64,000 nucleotides of DNA from Balanoglossus misakiensis (taxonomy: Eukaryota > Animalia > Hemichordata): positions 248,001 to 312,000 of the forward strand of contig JBECUI020000027.1 in the NCBI GenBank assembly GCA_040954595.2, given 5' to 3'. This document shows positions 42,043 through 52,763 of the stretch, one piece after another (within the stretch, counting starts at the first letter, position 1; every line of letters starts with the position of its first letter). The translations under genes and the position numbers were made by a program. The notes under the pieces were generated by a model. That model saw only the letters and a program-made list of their open reading frames with translations. It had not been told where the DNA came from and ran no database searches.

Positions 42043-42777
42043 ATGAATATATTTTTGAAAACACCAAAAGCTATCAAGGAGCAAGTTCAGGAATATCGTT
42101 TTAGCTCTAAGGAGTTAGCAAACCTACCCACCTGTTACCGTAATTATTCTTCTACTGTCGCGGTTCTGCCCAGGATACAAACGGGAAAGAGGTTTTCTCA
42201 AGGACAAAAAAACGTTATTTCTCCCCCTCATGTTCATCAATATGTCATTGGATATTTCTACCAAGGAAGCGATAGAAAAGTACGGACATCCATAAAGACT
42301 GCCTTATCTGCTAAAAAAAGCTGGGAATCTACACTATCAAAAGAACGAGCATCTGTTTTTCTAAAAGCTGCAACTTTGGCAGCAGAGCACTATTAAGGAC
42401 AAAAGCCCCTTCCTATCGTACCACTAGGCGGGAAGAAATTTCTGGTTCCGTGGTAACTATCTATGAAGATAAGAAATGGAAGGAATCGCTAGATTTAGTC
42501 AATGAAGCTTCCCGTATGGGAGGCTAAGAGAAGCTATCTTTATGTAGGAGAAAGCTGTGGGATGCATTCCACTGAAAAAGTTTAGACATGCAGCGGGAAA
42601 TATGTACATAAACGACAAACCTTGCGATTCTGCAGTAGAAGGCTGGTCTTTTGTCAGAAGAAAAGGAATTGCTACAAACATAAGGCTGGACTTGCTTTGA
42701 ATTTGCTTCTTTGATTGTCACCCCGATTAATTGAAGAAGCGTTAAATCCTGTTAAAAACTACAGGTACCCGTATTGA
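42043..42777 (+). pseudogene. pruA: Decayed L-glutamate gamma-semialdehyde (P5C) dehydrogenase
   Basis: N-terminal SPPH..VIG..F..G and RASVFLKAA; C-terminal EEISG, AAGNMYINDKP and SPRLIEE...YRYPY. In-frame stops; about 0.7 kb versus about 1.6 kb for an intact gene. Confidence 0.8.
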
Positions 42778-42782
42778 GAAGG

Positions 42783-43607
42783 ATGAACATGGATATATTA
42801 ATCATTGGAATTGGTAACATGGGTTTTTCCATAGCAAAGGCTTTGAATAAAGAATCCTATTACACCGTGCATGCCTACGATCCATGGAGCAAATTTCTAC
42901 CTGAGGCAAGAACGGCTGGTATAACGGTGCATGATTCACTTGATTTAGATGAACACAGTAATTATTCATACGATGCCATATTGATAGGAGTGAAACCTGA
43001 TGTTATGGCGTCGACCTTAAAGTCTCTTTCTCTTCTTGTTTCTCATCATCAACCCACGGTGTTGTCCATCGCAGCAGGCGTGCCCATACAAACGATTGCG
43101 GCGGGACTAGGCAAAGACAACAAGCCCTATAAAAATGTTGTTCGCTATATGCCAACCATCGCCGCCCTTGTTTCCAAGAGTATTACGGCCGTAAGCTTTG
43201 GCCCTCAAGCCAATTCTGAAGACAGGGTCCGTAGTCTGGAAATAGCAAAAAATTTTGGAGATATTATAGAACTTCCTGAAAAACTTATTGATGCCTTTAC
43301 AGGCATAGCAGGAAGCGGAATTGCTTTTGCTACAGCTTTTTTAGAAGCTCTGACTCTGGGAGGAATTAAAGAAGGATTACCCTATAAAGAAGCCTATACA
43401 TCTGCCAGGAAGGCAATGGCAGGAGCTTTGGCCTTACTTGAGTCATCCTTTACATCTTCTGGAGAACTAATGACCGCTATTTCTTCCCCAGGCGGTACGA
43501 CTATAGCTGGCATTTATACTCTCCACAGAAATCATTTGCACGCTACGGTTATGGATGCCGTAAGTGCTGCCGTAGAGCGTTCCAGAGAAATAAGTAAGAC
43601 AAAATAG
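42783..43607 (+). CDS. proC: Pyrroline-5-carboxylate reductase
   Basis: GIGNMG, GVKP, SIAAGV, RYMPT, GSGIAF, SPGGTT. Confidence 0.95.
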   Translation: MNMDILIIGIGNMGFSIAKALNKESYYTVHAYDPWSKFLPEARTAGITVHDSLDLDEHSNYSYDAILIGVKPDVMASTLKSLSLLVSHHQPTVLSIAAGVPIQTIAAGLGKDNKPYKNVVRYMPTIAALVSKSITAVSFGPQANSEDRVRSLEIAKNFGDIIELPEKLIDAFTGIAGSGIAFATAFLEALTLGGIKEGLPYKEAYTSARKAMAGALALLESSFTSSGELMTAISSPGGTTIAGIYTLHRNHLHATVMDAVSAAVERSREISKTK

Positions 43608-43669
43608 TTGTCCCGCTGAAGAGGCGGTAACAATAATGTCGGGGAGCTCTAAACCTTAAGGAATTTGTA

Positions 43670-45085
43670 ATGTTAATGACCGTAGTGTTTATTGTGTATT
43701 TAGCAGTCATGTTGGGAACAGGCCTTTATTTCTATTTCCGCACAAAAAATGTAAACGACTTTGTACTTGGGAATAGAAGTCTCGGGACATTCCCTTCAGC
43801 AGTAAGTTCGGTTGCTTCAGATCACAGCGGTTGGGTATTGTTGGGACTCCCAGGGTTTGCACTGACTGGAGGTATGGGAGCCTTCTGGATAGCTCTCGGA
43901 TTAGCCTTGGGGTTTTTTGGAAGCTGGAATTTGATAGCCTCTAGACTGCGGAGAGAAAGCGAAGAGTTTGATAATGCTATAACTATCCCAACGTTTTTGG
44001 AAAGAAGGCTAAAAGATCCAACAGGATTTCTGCGTTTGTCTCTCTCCCTAGCCATTTTATTTTTCTTTGTATTTTATACAAGCTCTGGCTTTGTTGCAGG
44101 AGGGAAACTCTTCACGAGCATGTTTAACATCAATTATCGTTGGGCTGTCCTCATTAGTTTTAGTGTGGTTGTGGTCTATACCTTTCTAGGAGGTTATTTG
44201 GCCGTAACTTGGACAGATGTTATTCAAGGATGTTTGATGGTTTTAGGACTTGTCGTTATACCTATTATAGCAATAAGAGAGATTGGAGGATTATCTTCGG
44301 TATTTCAGGCGATAAAAACTATAAATCCTAATCAAACTGCCTTCTTTAAAAACCCCGATGGTTCATCTATGACATTCGTCACAATCGTGTCATTGATGGC
44401 ATGGGGACTTGGCTACTTTGGACAACCTCATATTTTAGCGAGATATATGGGTATATCATCCGCTAAAAAAGTGTTTCTAGCAAAAGACATTGCTGTTTTC
44501 ATGTCCGTATTGCTTATGGGTATGGCCGTACTTGTGGGATTGGTTGGTTTTGTATACTTCCAAGCTAATCCTCTCTCCGATCCCGAACAGGTTTATCTTA
44601 AATTAGTAGATGCCGTAAGTCACCCAGTAGTTGGAGGATTGTTGCTAGCTTCTGTGATGGCGGCCATTATGAGTACTGCCGATAGTCAACTTTTAGTGGC
44701 AAGTTCCGCTCTGACTAGTGACATACTATCAAAGCGATTAAATGACAAACAGAAATTGTCCTATGGTAGAGGAACCGTTGTCCTTATTGCTGTCATTGCC
44801 TTATTACTTGCGTTGAATCCCGACAGTAGTGTACTTGATATCGTCTCGTATGCATGGGCTGGGCTCGGTGCTTCCTGTGGCGCGGTGTTGACATTGACGT
44901 TACTTTGGAAAAAAACAACGTACACAGGCGGCATAGCTGGGGTTATTACAGGGGCCATTGTTACGATAGTATGGAACAAGTTATCGGGAGGAATATTCGA
45001 TATATATGAATTACTTCCTGCCTTTTTGTTGGCAATGATTGCTGTTATTCTTGTGAGCTTAATGACAGCCAAAAGGAATAACTAA
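43670..45085 (+). CDS. putP: Sodium/proline symporter
   Basis: ASDHSGWVLLGLPG, GGYLAVTWTD, WGLGYFGQPHIL, AAIMSTADSQLL. Confidence 0.95.
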   Translation: MLMTVVFIVYLAVMLGTGLYFYFRTKNVNDFVLGNRSLGTFPSAVSSVASDHSGWVLLGLPGFALTGGMGAFWIALGLALGFFGSWNLIASRLRRESEEFDNAITIPTFLERRLKDPTGFLRLSLSLAILFFFVFYTSSGFVAGGKLFTSMFNINYRWAVLISFSVVVVYTFLGGYLAVTWTDVIQGCLMVLGLVVIPIIAIREIGGLSSVFQAIKTINPNQTAFFKNPDGSSMTFVTIVSLMAWGLGYFGQPHILARYMGISSAKKVFLAKDIAVFMSVLLMGMAVLVGLVGFVYFQANPLSDPEQVYLKLVDAVSHPVVGGLLLASVMAAIMSTADSQLLVASSALTSDILSKRLNDKQKLSYGRGTVVLIAVIALLLALNPDSSVLDIVSYAWAGLGASCGAVLTLTLLWKKTTYTGGIAGVITGAIVTIVWNKLSGGIFDIYELLPAFLLAMIAVILVSLMTAKRNN

Positions 45086-45369
45086 CCCTTATTCCATGAC
45101 ATACTTATGATGGAGAAAACTCATAATGCTTTTAAATAATACGATTATCCAGGTAATTAAAAATGGACATGTGGAAATATCAAGCGGTGGAATATTACAA
45201 AGAGAGAACAAGTAATGAGCGGCACACTTTGATAATAAGGGGTAATATGGGACAAGACTCTTATAGAGAAATTATAGGAACTTCATGTGAAAATCCTTCT
45301 TGCACCTTATAAAAGCCGGGTTGATTCAGATAGTTTTCTCCATCAAAAAAATATAAGGAAAATTGACAC

Positions 45370-46265
45370 GTGGTATTAACAACTTTTTTTCAGCATTTAT
45401 CCAATTCGCTGTCCCTAGGTAGCCTCTACGCATTAATCGCCATCGGTTATACCATGGTTTATGGCATCTTGAGGCTGATTAACTTTGCCCATGGTGAAAT
45501 CTTTATGGTGGGCGCCTACTTTATGTTTTACCTCCTCTCTTTGTCTTTTATGCCCTGGTCTGTGGCCTTTATTGTGGCGATTGGGCTTACCTGCTTTTTA
45601 GGGGTAGTACTCGAACGAGTGGCTTACCGTCCCTTAAGGAGGCATCCCCGAATTTCCATTATGATTTCTGCCATAGGGGCCTCTTTCTTTTTGCAGAACC
45701 TGGCGGTGATCGTTTTTGGAGGACGTCCAAAGGCGGTGCCTGTACCAGACATTTTTTCCAGAGCCATCAAACTGGGAGAAGTTTCCATTATCAGCATCAG
45801 CTTTTATATACCCATCATCGCCATAGCGGCCCTTGTCATCCTGCTCTTTATTGTGAACAAGACAAAAACCGGTATGGCCATGCGGGCCTTGGCCACCGAT
45901 TTTGAAACTGCTCAGCTTATGGCCATCAATGTGGATAAAATTGTTTCTGTAACCTTTGCCATTGGTTCTTCCATGGCGGCATTGGGGGGGTGATGTGGAG
46001 TTTTAAATTTCCCAACCTCATCCCTTTTATGGGAGTGATGCCGGGGCTTAAATGTTTTATCGCCGCCGTGCTGGGGGGGATTGGAAACATTAAAGGAGCC
46101 GTCATTGGCGGATTCATACTTGGGTTTATCGAAATTATGATTATCGCCTTTCTTCCAGAACTTTCAGGCTATCGGGATGCCTATGCCTTTATTCTTCTCA
46201 TCATAATCCTGCTGGTCAAACCAACTGGCATTATGGGGACAAAAAACAGTAGGGAGAAAGTATGA
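45370..46265 (+). CDS. livH: BCAA ABC permease LivH (frameshift at G7 run, 45984-45990)
   Basis: GSLYALIAIGYTMVYG, INFAHG, AAVLGGIG. A G8 run would join the two ORFs. Confidence 0.93.
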
Positions 46266-47320
46266 GACAACGTAAAACGATTCTTTCCATATTGGCCATT
46301 CTTTTTTTGTTTCTCCTTTTGGTAGTTTTAAACAAAGTCTTAGATTCCTACCAAATGCGGATTCTCAACCTTTGCGGTATTTACATTACCCTGGGTTTGG
46401 GTCTTAACCTGATCAACGGGTTTACTGGCCTGTTTTCTCTTGGACACGCTGGTTTTATGGCGATAGGAGCCTATACCACGGCTCTGCTGACCATGGATCC
46501 TGCCACTAAGGAAATGCTCTTTTATCTAAAACCCATAGAACCCTTTTTGTTGAACATTACCCTTCCCTTTCTCCCCGCCCTGTTTCTCGGCGGAGTCGTT
46601 GCTGCCTTAGCGAGCTTTTTGGTGGGAGCACCGGTTCTGCGCCTCAGAGACGACTACCTGGCCATCGCCACCCTGGGTTTCAGCGAAATTATCCGGGTGG
46701 TTATCACCAACACCCAAAGTCTTACCAACGGCTCCTTAGGACTCAAAGGAATACCCCGACACACCAATATCTGGTGGAGCTGGGGAATCGCAGCCCTAAC
46801 GGTCCTTTTTATGGTCAATCTTATCCGAAGTAGCTACGGGAAGGCCCTGAAGTCCATTCGAGAAGATGAAATCGCCGCCGAGGCTATGGGAATCAATCTT
46901 TTTAAGCACAAAATGGCTTCTTTTGTCATCGGGTCTTTTTTTGCCGGAATAGGTGGGGCTCTCTTGGGAGGCTTGATGGGTACCATAGATCCCCTCATGT
47001 TCCGGTTCCTGTTAACCTTCAACGTACTCCTCATTGTGGTATTGGGGGGAATAGGAAGCATTACCGGAACTGTAATTGCTGCTGTGGTTGTCAACATTAT
47101 GATGGAGACTCTTAGGATACTGGACGGAAATATCGATCTGGGATTCATCTACCTGGAAGGACGGCCAGGTATGCGGATGGTCATTTTTTCGGCCCTCCTT
47201 ATGCTGGTGATTCTCTTCTATCAACGGGGGGTTATGGGACATAAAGAATTTTCCTGGGAGGGGATTGGGAAGTGGCTCCGTCAGAAGGAAGGCTTCTTGA
47301 AGAAGAGGAGAAAAACATGA
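46262..47320 (+). CDS. livM: BCAA ABC permease LivM
   Basis: GLFSLGHAGF, RLRDDYLAIATLGF, IREDEIAAEAMG. Confidence 0.95.
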   Translation: MRQRKTILSILAILFLFLLLVVLNKVLDSYQMRILNLCGIYITLGLGLNLINGFTGLFSLGHAGFMAIGAYTTALLTMDPATKEMLFYLKPIEPFLLNITLPFLPALFLGGVVAALASFLVGAPVLRLRDDYLAIATLGFSEIIRVVITNTQSLTNGSLGLKGIPRHTNIWWSWGIAALTVLFMVNLIRSSYGKALKSIREDEIAAEAMGINLFKHKMASFVIGSFFAGIGGALLGGLMGTIDPLMFRFLLTFNVLLIVVLGGIGSITGTVIAAVVVNIMMETLRILDGNIDLGFIYLEGRPGMRMVIFSALLMLVILFYQRGVMGHKEFSWEGIGKWLRQKEGFLKKRRKT

Positions 47321-48078
47321 GCGTACTCTCCACTCAAGATCTAACCATTCGTTTCGGCGGCCTGGTGGCCGTAGACAAACTGAATTTGACCATCAACCAA
47401 GGTCAGATTTTTGGTTTGATCGGACCCAATGGTGCCGGAAAAACCACTGCATTCAATATGATTACAGGGGTCTACCCTCCCTCGGAAGGGAAGATACTTT
47501 ACCAGAATAAAGATATTACCGGGGCTCCCTCCCATAAGATCACAGAACAGGGAATAGCCAGGACTTTTCAGAATATCCGGCTTTTTAAGGAACTTTCGGT
47601 CCTGGCCAATGTGGAAATAGCCTGCCATCTCCGGCTGAAATCCAACCTGCTCAGTGCCGTACTTCGGCTCCCTGCCTATAAAGTGGAAGAACGACAAATC
47701 CGGGAACGTTCCTTAGAGCTCTTAGAAGAGGTGGGGCTGGAAGATTTAGCTCAGGAGCAGGCCTCCTCCCTGCCCTACGGGAAACAACGCCGATTAGAAA
47801 TAGTCCGTGCCCTGGCGACCCAGCCGAAGCTTCTCCTTTTGGATGAGCCCGCTGCTGGTATGAACCCCCAGGAATCAGTGAAACTAATGGGCTTTATTCA
47901 CCAAATAAGAGATCGTTTTAAAGTAACGATTCTGATGATTGAACACCACATGCAGGTGGTGATGGGGGTCTGTGAAAACATTGTGGTTTTAGATTACGGC
48001 GAGACCATTGCCGAAGGGAATCCCAAGGAAATTCAGAACGATCCCAAGGTTATTGAAGCCTATCTGGGGGTTGATTGA
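47317..48078 (+). CDS. livG: BCAA ABC ATP-binding protein LivG
   Basis: FGGLVAV, GPNGAGKT, RTFQNIRLF, LPYG, EAYLG. ATG at 47317. Confidence 0.96.
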   Translation: MSVLSTQDLTIRFGGLVAVDKLNLTINQGQIFGLIGPNGAGKTTAFNMITGVYPPSEGKILYQNKDITGAPSHKITEQGIARTFQNIRLFKELSVLANVEIACHLRLKSNLLSAVLRLPAYKVEERQIRERSLELLEEVGLEDLAQEQASSLPYGKQRRLEIVRALATQPKLLLLDEPAAGMNPQESVKLMGFIHQIRDRFKVTILMIEHHMQVVMGVCENIVVLDYGETIAEGNPKEIQNDPKVIEAYLGVD

Positions 48079-48782
48079 TGCTGAAACTAAAAAATCTTAA
48101 GGTGCATTACGGGGGGATCCATGCCCTCCTGGGAATTTCCATTGAAGTTCCTCCTAAAAGTATTGTCACCCTGATTGGAGCCAATGGGGCAGGGAAAAGC
48201 ACCACGCTGAAAGCGACGGTGGGGCTGGTACCCATAGAAAGCGGAACTGTTGAATACCAAGGCCAGGAAATTACTGGTAGACCGACAAGGGAAATAGTGC
48301 GACAAGGGCTGGGGCTGGTACCTGAGGGCCGCCGGGTTTTTGCCAATCTATCCGTTAATGAAAACCTGATCCTTGGGGCCTACTCTCGAAAAGACAAAGC
48401 AGGAATCAACAAAGATAAGGATTGGGTTTTTTCACTGTTCCCCCGGTTAAAAGAGCGAATATCCCAAAGGGCTGGAACCCTCTCAGGGGGGGAACAGCAA
48501 ATGCTGGCGGTAGGACGTTCTCTTATGTCAGACCCTAAACTTCTGATGATGGATGAACCATCCCTTGGATTGGCCCCCCTCATTGTTAGAGATATATTCA
48601 ATATTATTGAAGAGATTAACCGCAGGGGAGTCACCATCCTTTTGGTGGAACAAAATGCCAAAGCAGCCCTGCAGATAGCCCATTACGGCTATGTTATGGA
48701 AACAGGAAGAATCACTTTGGAAAATAAGGGATTGACACTGTTAAAAGATGATGCTGTGAGAAAGGCCTATTTGGGAGAGTAA
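48078..48782 (+). CDS. livF: BCAA ABC ATP-binding protein LivF
   Basis: GANGAGKS, VPEGRRVF, LSGGEQQM, DEPSLGLAP. Confidence 0.96.
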   Translation: MLKLKNLKVHYGGIHALLGISIEVPPKSIVTLIGANGAGKSTTLKATVGLVPIESGTVEYQGQEITGRPTREIVRQGLGLVPEGRRVFANLSVNENLILGAYSRKDKAGINKDKDWVFSLFPRLKERISQRAGTLSGGEQQMLAVGRSLMSDPKLLMMDEPSLGLAPLIVRDIFNIIEEINRRGVTILLVEQNAKAALQIAHYGYVMETGRITLENKGLTLLKDDAVRKAYLGE

Positions 48783-48785
48783 TCT

Positions 48786-49289
48786 ATGGATCTGGTTAGA
48801 ATTTTCATCACAGGCGGTACCTTTGATAAAGAATATAACGAACTAACAGGTAAACTCTACTTTAAGGATTCCCACCTCGAAGAAATGCTCAAACTAGGAC
48901 GCTGCCGGATTGACATAAAGATTCATCCTCTGATGATGGTAGACAGCCTTTACATGACCCCTGAGGATAGGGAAACCATTATGAACCAATGTTCCGAAGT
49001 CCCAGAAAAACGGATTGTCATCACCCACGGTACTGACACCATTGTCAAAACCGCAACCTTACTCGCAGCAAAGATCAAAGAAAAAACTATTGTTCTTACT
49101 GGTGCCATGATTCCCTATAAATTCGGCAGCTCCGACGGCCTTTTCAACTTAGGCTCGGCCCTCGCCTTTGCCCAAACCCTCTCCTCGGGGGTTTTCATTA
49201 CAATGAATGGACTGGCCTACCCCTGGGATAATGTTATAAAAAATTACACAACGGGGTTCTTTGAATATATGAATCCTCCCTCTTCTTGA
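48786..49289 (+). CDS. Short asparaginase-domain protein
   Basis: TGGT and HGTDT catalytic-Thr motifs, VLTGA. Confidence 0.9.
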   Translation: MDLVRIFITGGTFDKEYNELTGKLYFKDSHLEEMLKLGRCRIDIKIHPLMMVDSLYMTPEDRETIMNQCSEVPEKRIVITHGTDTIVKTATLLAAKIKEKTIVLTGAMIPYKFGSSDGLFNLGSALAFAQTLSSGVFITMNGLAYPWDNVIKNYTTGFFEYMNPPSS

Positions 49290-49323
49290 ATCCATAGGAG
49301 CACGAAGGGCCAGGGTATTGTAG

Positions 49324-49749
49324 TAAGAAGAATCTGCTTAGGGTTTGCACATCTTCCTACCAATAAGAAGAATCTGCTTAGGGCTTGCACATCTTCCTAC
49401 CAATAAGAAGAATCTGCTTAGGGCTTACACATCTTCCTACCAATAAGAAGAATCTGCTTACGGCTTACACATCTTCCTACCAATAAGAAGAATCTGCTTA
49501 CGACTTACACATCTTCCTACCAATAAGAAGAATCTACTTAGGGTTTGCACATCTTCCTACCAATAAGAAGAATCTGCTTACGACTTGCACATCTTCCTAC
49601 CAATAAGAAGAATCTGCTTACGACTTGCACATCTTCCTACCAATAAGAAGAATCTGCTTAGGGCTTACACATCTTCCTACCAATAAGAAGAATCTGCTTA
49701 GGGCTTACACATCTTCCTACCAATAAGAAGAATCTGCTTACGGCTTACA
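49324..49749 (+). repeat. Tandem array A: about 10.6 x 40 bp
   Basis: Unit TAAGAAGAATCTGCTTA[G/C]G[G/A][C/T]TT[G/A]CACATCTTCCTACCAA, exact 40-bp period, 11 copies of the core. Confidence 0.98.
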
Positions 49750-49797
49750 GCAAAGAATCGTTGGGAATGAGCAAAACACCTCATCCCCACCGATAAA

Positions 49798-51447
49798 TTA
49801 TTCTGAGGGTTTCCCAAAAAATCGTACGAAGAGCCAAATACAAACCCCACCCAAAAGCAGGACCAGAATGACGGGAATACCTAGAGTAACCAGGAAGTAG
49901 GCAATGAGGCCTACCACTGCCGCCGTTATGGCGTAGGGGATCTGCGTTTTCACATGATCCATATGGTCCGCTCCAGATGCCATGGAACTCATAATGGTAG
50001 TATCAGAAATGGGAGAACAGTGGTCCCCAAAAATGGAGCCTGACAGGACGGCACTCAAGGTGGCAATGACAATGGGAGCCGCAGCAGGATCTCCTGACAC
50101 ATAAGCCGCCGCCAAGGGAGCTGCCAAGGGAATAACAATGGCCATGGTTCCCCAGCTGGTTCCGGTGGCAAAGGCTACCAGACAGCTAATGAAGAAAACG
50201 CTGATAGGAAGTAACCATCTCGGTAAAGTCTCCGATATGGCCCCCACCAAGAAATTAGCCGTACCAATCTCCTCAGTCACCATACCCAAGGACCAGGCCA
50301 GAATCAAAATCATGGCAGTGATCAAGAGACTTTTGGAGCCCTCTATAAAAGCTTCCATCCCCTGACTTAAGGTCAGAATCTTCTGTCCCCAAGCCAAAAC
50401 CAATGCCACAACAGTAGCCGAGAAAGCCCCCCAGATTAAAACTACTGAGGCATCGGCATTACCAAAGCTGGTTCGGATACCCTCCCAAGTAAAGGCTTGG
50501 GTGCCAGGATCTGAATTGACCCAACCGTTGTACCAGAGACCCACAAAAGAAACAGTTATCAGGGTGAGAACGGGCAGAATAGCATTGATGGCCCGAGGAG
50601 TACGCCCATTTTCCGTCTTTTCAGTATCTTGCCAAGACATGGGCTCGGCGTTGTCAGCAAGAACCTTGCCTGTACTTCTTGCCCGTTTTTCCGCCCTTAG
50701 CATGGAAGCATAATCCCGTTTTGTTCCAATGAGCGAGAAAACCAACACCAAGGCAAAAATATTGTACATTGTGTACGGAATGGTCCTGAGGAAGATTACA
50801 AATCCGCTGGTTTCTGAACCTAAATTGCTAAAAGCATCTCCAAGAAGACCGATTTCATAGCCCACCCAGGTGGAAACAAAGGCCAAACCAACCACAGGAG
50901 CTGCTGTGGAATCCACAAGGTAGGAAAGCTTTTCCCGACTTATTTTCATTCTATCAGTCAAGGGGCGCATGGTGGGACCTACAATCAAAGTGTTGGCATA
51001 ATCATCAAAAAATATTACCACACCCAGAATGGCGGCCGCAAACTGGGCGCTCCGGGGCGTTTTGGCCCGCTTTGCAAGAGCTTCGGCCACAGCACGAGTT
51101 CCCCCCACTCTCTGAACAATCCCCACCATACCGCCGATAGTAAGGGTAAAAATCAAAATCCCTGCATGCCAGCCATCTGCCAGGGTATTGACAAAATAGG
51201 TATCAATCGTTCGTAAGAATGCCGTGAGCGGATTCCAACCATGCACCATCAAGGCACCCGAGAACACCCCAAAAAAAAGCGAAAGTAGAACCCGTTTCGT
51301 AATAAAGGCTAAAAGGATAGCCAGAACGGGGGGGAAAAGTGATAGGATTCCAAAATCCATGGACTCCCCTTCCTGAGCAAAAATAGGAACAACAAAAACG
51401 AAGAGAAACAATAGAAAAATCCAGTATTTCTTAGAGCTATATAACAT
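49798..51447 (-). CDS. NhaC-family Na+/H+ antiporter-like (amino-acid) transporter
   Basis: FFDDYAN, DSTAAP, FATGTSWGT, GDHCSPISDTT. ATG at 51447 has a GGAGG RBS. Confidence 0.92.
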   Translation of the reverse strand: MLYSSKKYWIFLLFLFVFVVPIFAQEGESMDFGILSLFPPVLAILLAFITKRVLLSLFFGVFSGALMVHGWNPLTAFLRTIDTYFVNTLADGWHAGILIFTLTIGGMVGIVQRVGGTRAVAEALAKRAKTPRSAQFAAAILGVVIFFDDYANTLIVGPTMRPLTDRMKISREKLSYLVDSTAAPVVGLAFVSTWVGYEIGLLGDAFSNLGSETSGFVIFLRTIPYTMYNIFALVLVFSLIGTKRDYASMLRAEKRARSTGKVLADNAEPMSWQDTEKTENGRTPRAINAILPVLTLITVSFVGLWYNGWVNSDPGTQAFTWEGIRTSFGNADASVVLIWGAFSATVVALVLAWGQKILTLSQGMEAFIEGSKSLLITAMILILAWSLGMVTEEIGTANFLVGAISETLPRWLLPISVFFISCLVAFATGTSWGTMAIVIPLAAPLAAAYVSGDPAAAPIVIATLSAVLSGSIFGDHCSPISDTTIMSSMASGADHMDHVKTQIPYAITAAVVGLIAYFLVTLGIPVILVLLLGGVCIWLFVRFFGKPSE

Positions 51448-51647
51448 TTTTTCCTCCATGAGGTTACTATAATACAGAGGAATCTCTACGAACAAGAAGA
51501 ATTCTCCCAAAATTTTAGCAACCCCACAGCCCTTGCGTGTATTGGGGGGGGGAATTCCACAGAAGGATGACAGTGGATTACCTGAAAGATGAGGAGAGAC
51601 TAGATAAGTGGGAGACCGCCAAAGGGGGGCTCCTCCTAAGGTTTTTC

Positions 51648-52763
51648 TTAAAAAGAAGGTAGGTAGAGCCGGGGAACCCGCTTATCTATACGGCAGGTAA
51701 TTTCGTAGGGTATGCTCCCCACAAGATCCGCAAGATCCTCTGCCGTTGGGGCCTGCTCCTGGGGACCGAAAAGCACCGCTTCTTCAAACAACCGAACGTG
51801 ACTATGAGGACCTAAATCAATCATAAACTGATCCATACATACCCGCCCCACAACAGGGCAGCACCGTCCTGCCACCAGCACCTTACCTTTGTTAGAAAGA
51901 AGGCGGTTATAGCCATCAGCATAGCCAGCAGAAACGGTACCGATGACCGTATCCCGGGGGGCTCTCCAGAGGCTTCCGTAGCTAATGGCCGTACCCGCCT
52001 TTACTGATTTTAAAAAAACTATCTGAGAACGAAGTTCCATAACTGGTTTTAGCTCACAAGGACGGAGGCACTGAGGGGAGGGGTAGTAACCGTAGAGCAT
52101 AATTCCTGGACGCACCATATCGAGATGGGACGAGCTATGAGCCATAATGGCCCCAGAATTGGCAGCATGGGCGAAACCGGGGGCAATGCCTTGGCCCCGG
52201 AGGGCCACCAATACACTTTGAAACTGGGCCATCATCCCTCGGGTAGGGGCCAGATCGGCGGCATCTGCCAAAGGAAAGTGGGTACAGGTTCCGGCAAGTT
52301 TGAGCCCCCCCAAGCGGATAATAAGGGCAGCCAGAGCCGGGGCATCCTGGGGAAAACAGCCAATGCGGCCCATACCCACATCCACATTCAGATGCACCCC
52401 CACAACCTTTCCCTGCCGGAGGGCCTCTACAGAAAGCCCCCGAATGTAGGTTTCACTGGCCACCATAGGTTCGATATCCAGGTGGATCGCATCTTCCCAG
52501 TCCTGGGGAGCCAGCAGGCTATAAAGCACAATCGGAGCGGTCAAACCCGCTTCCCGTAGGTCGGAGGCTTCCCCCAAAGTCGCCACAGCCAGATGACTCG
52601 CCCCTTCCTCCAGAGCAATCCTGGCCAGGGCTAGTGCCCCGTGTCCGTAAGCATCTGCCTTAAGAGCCACACAGATTTTTTTCCCACTCCCCACCAGGGC
52701 TCGAACTTGTTTTAAATTATGCCGAAAGTTTTGTGTGTGGATAAAGGCTCGTGTGGCAGGCAT
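51648..52763 (-). CDS. alr: Alanine racemase
   Basis: ALKADAYGHG (PLP Lys), MVRPGIMLYG, SYG (catalytic Tyr), GRVCMDQ. Confidence 0.96.
   Translation of the reverse strand: MPATRAFIHTQNFRHNLKQVRALVGSGKKICVALKADAYGHGALALARIALEEGASHLAVATLGEASDLREAGLTAPIVLYSLLAPQDWEDAIHLDIEPMVASETYIRGLSVEALRQGKVVGVHLNVDVGMGRIGCFPQDAPALAALIIRLGGLKLAGTCTHFPLADAADLAPTRGMMAQFQSVLVALRGQGIAPGFAHAANSGAIMAHSSSHLDMVRPGIMLYGYYPSPQCLRPCELKPVMELRSQIVFLKSVKAGTAISYGSLWRAPRDTVIGTVSAGYADGYNRLLSNKGKVLVAGRCCPVVGRVCMDQFMIDLGPHSHVRLFEEAVLFGPQEQAPTAEDLADLVGSIPYEITCRIDKRVPRLYLPSF

Noticed and set aside
45984-45990. Phase-variable poly-G tract or programmed frameshift in livH
   Set aside because: One of many homopolymer indels in the window, so sequencing error is the simpler explanation.
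49324-49749. CRISPR array
   Set aside because: No unique spacers, only four two-state positions vary, and there are no cas genes in the window.
51510-51647. Glycine or lysine riboswitch upstream of the NhaC-family gene
   Set aside because: Only an isolated CTTTCAGG is present; the other conserved aptamer elements were not found.
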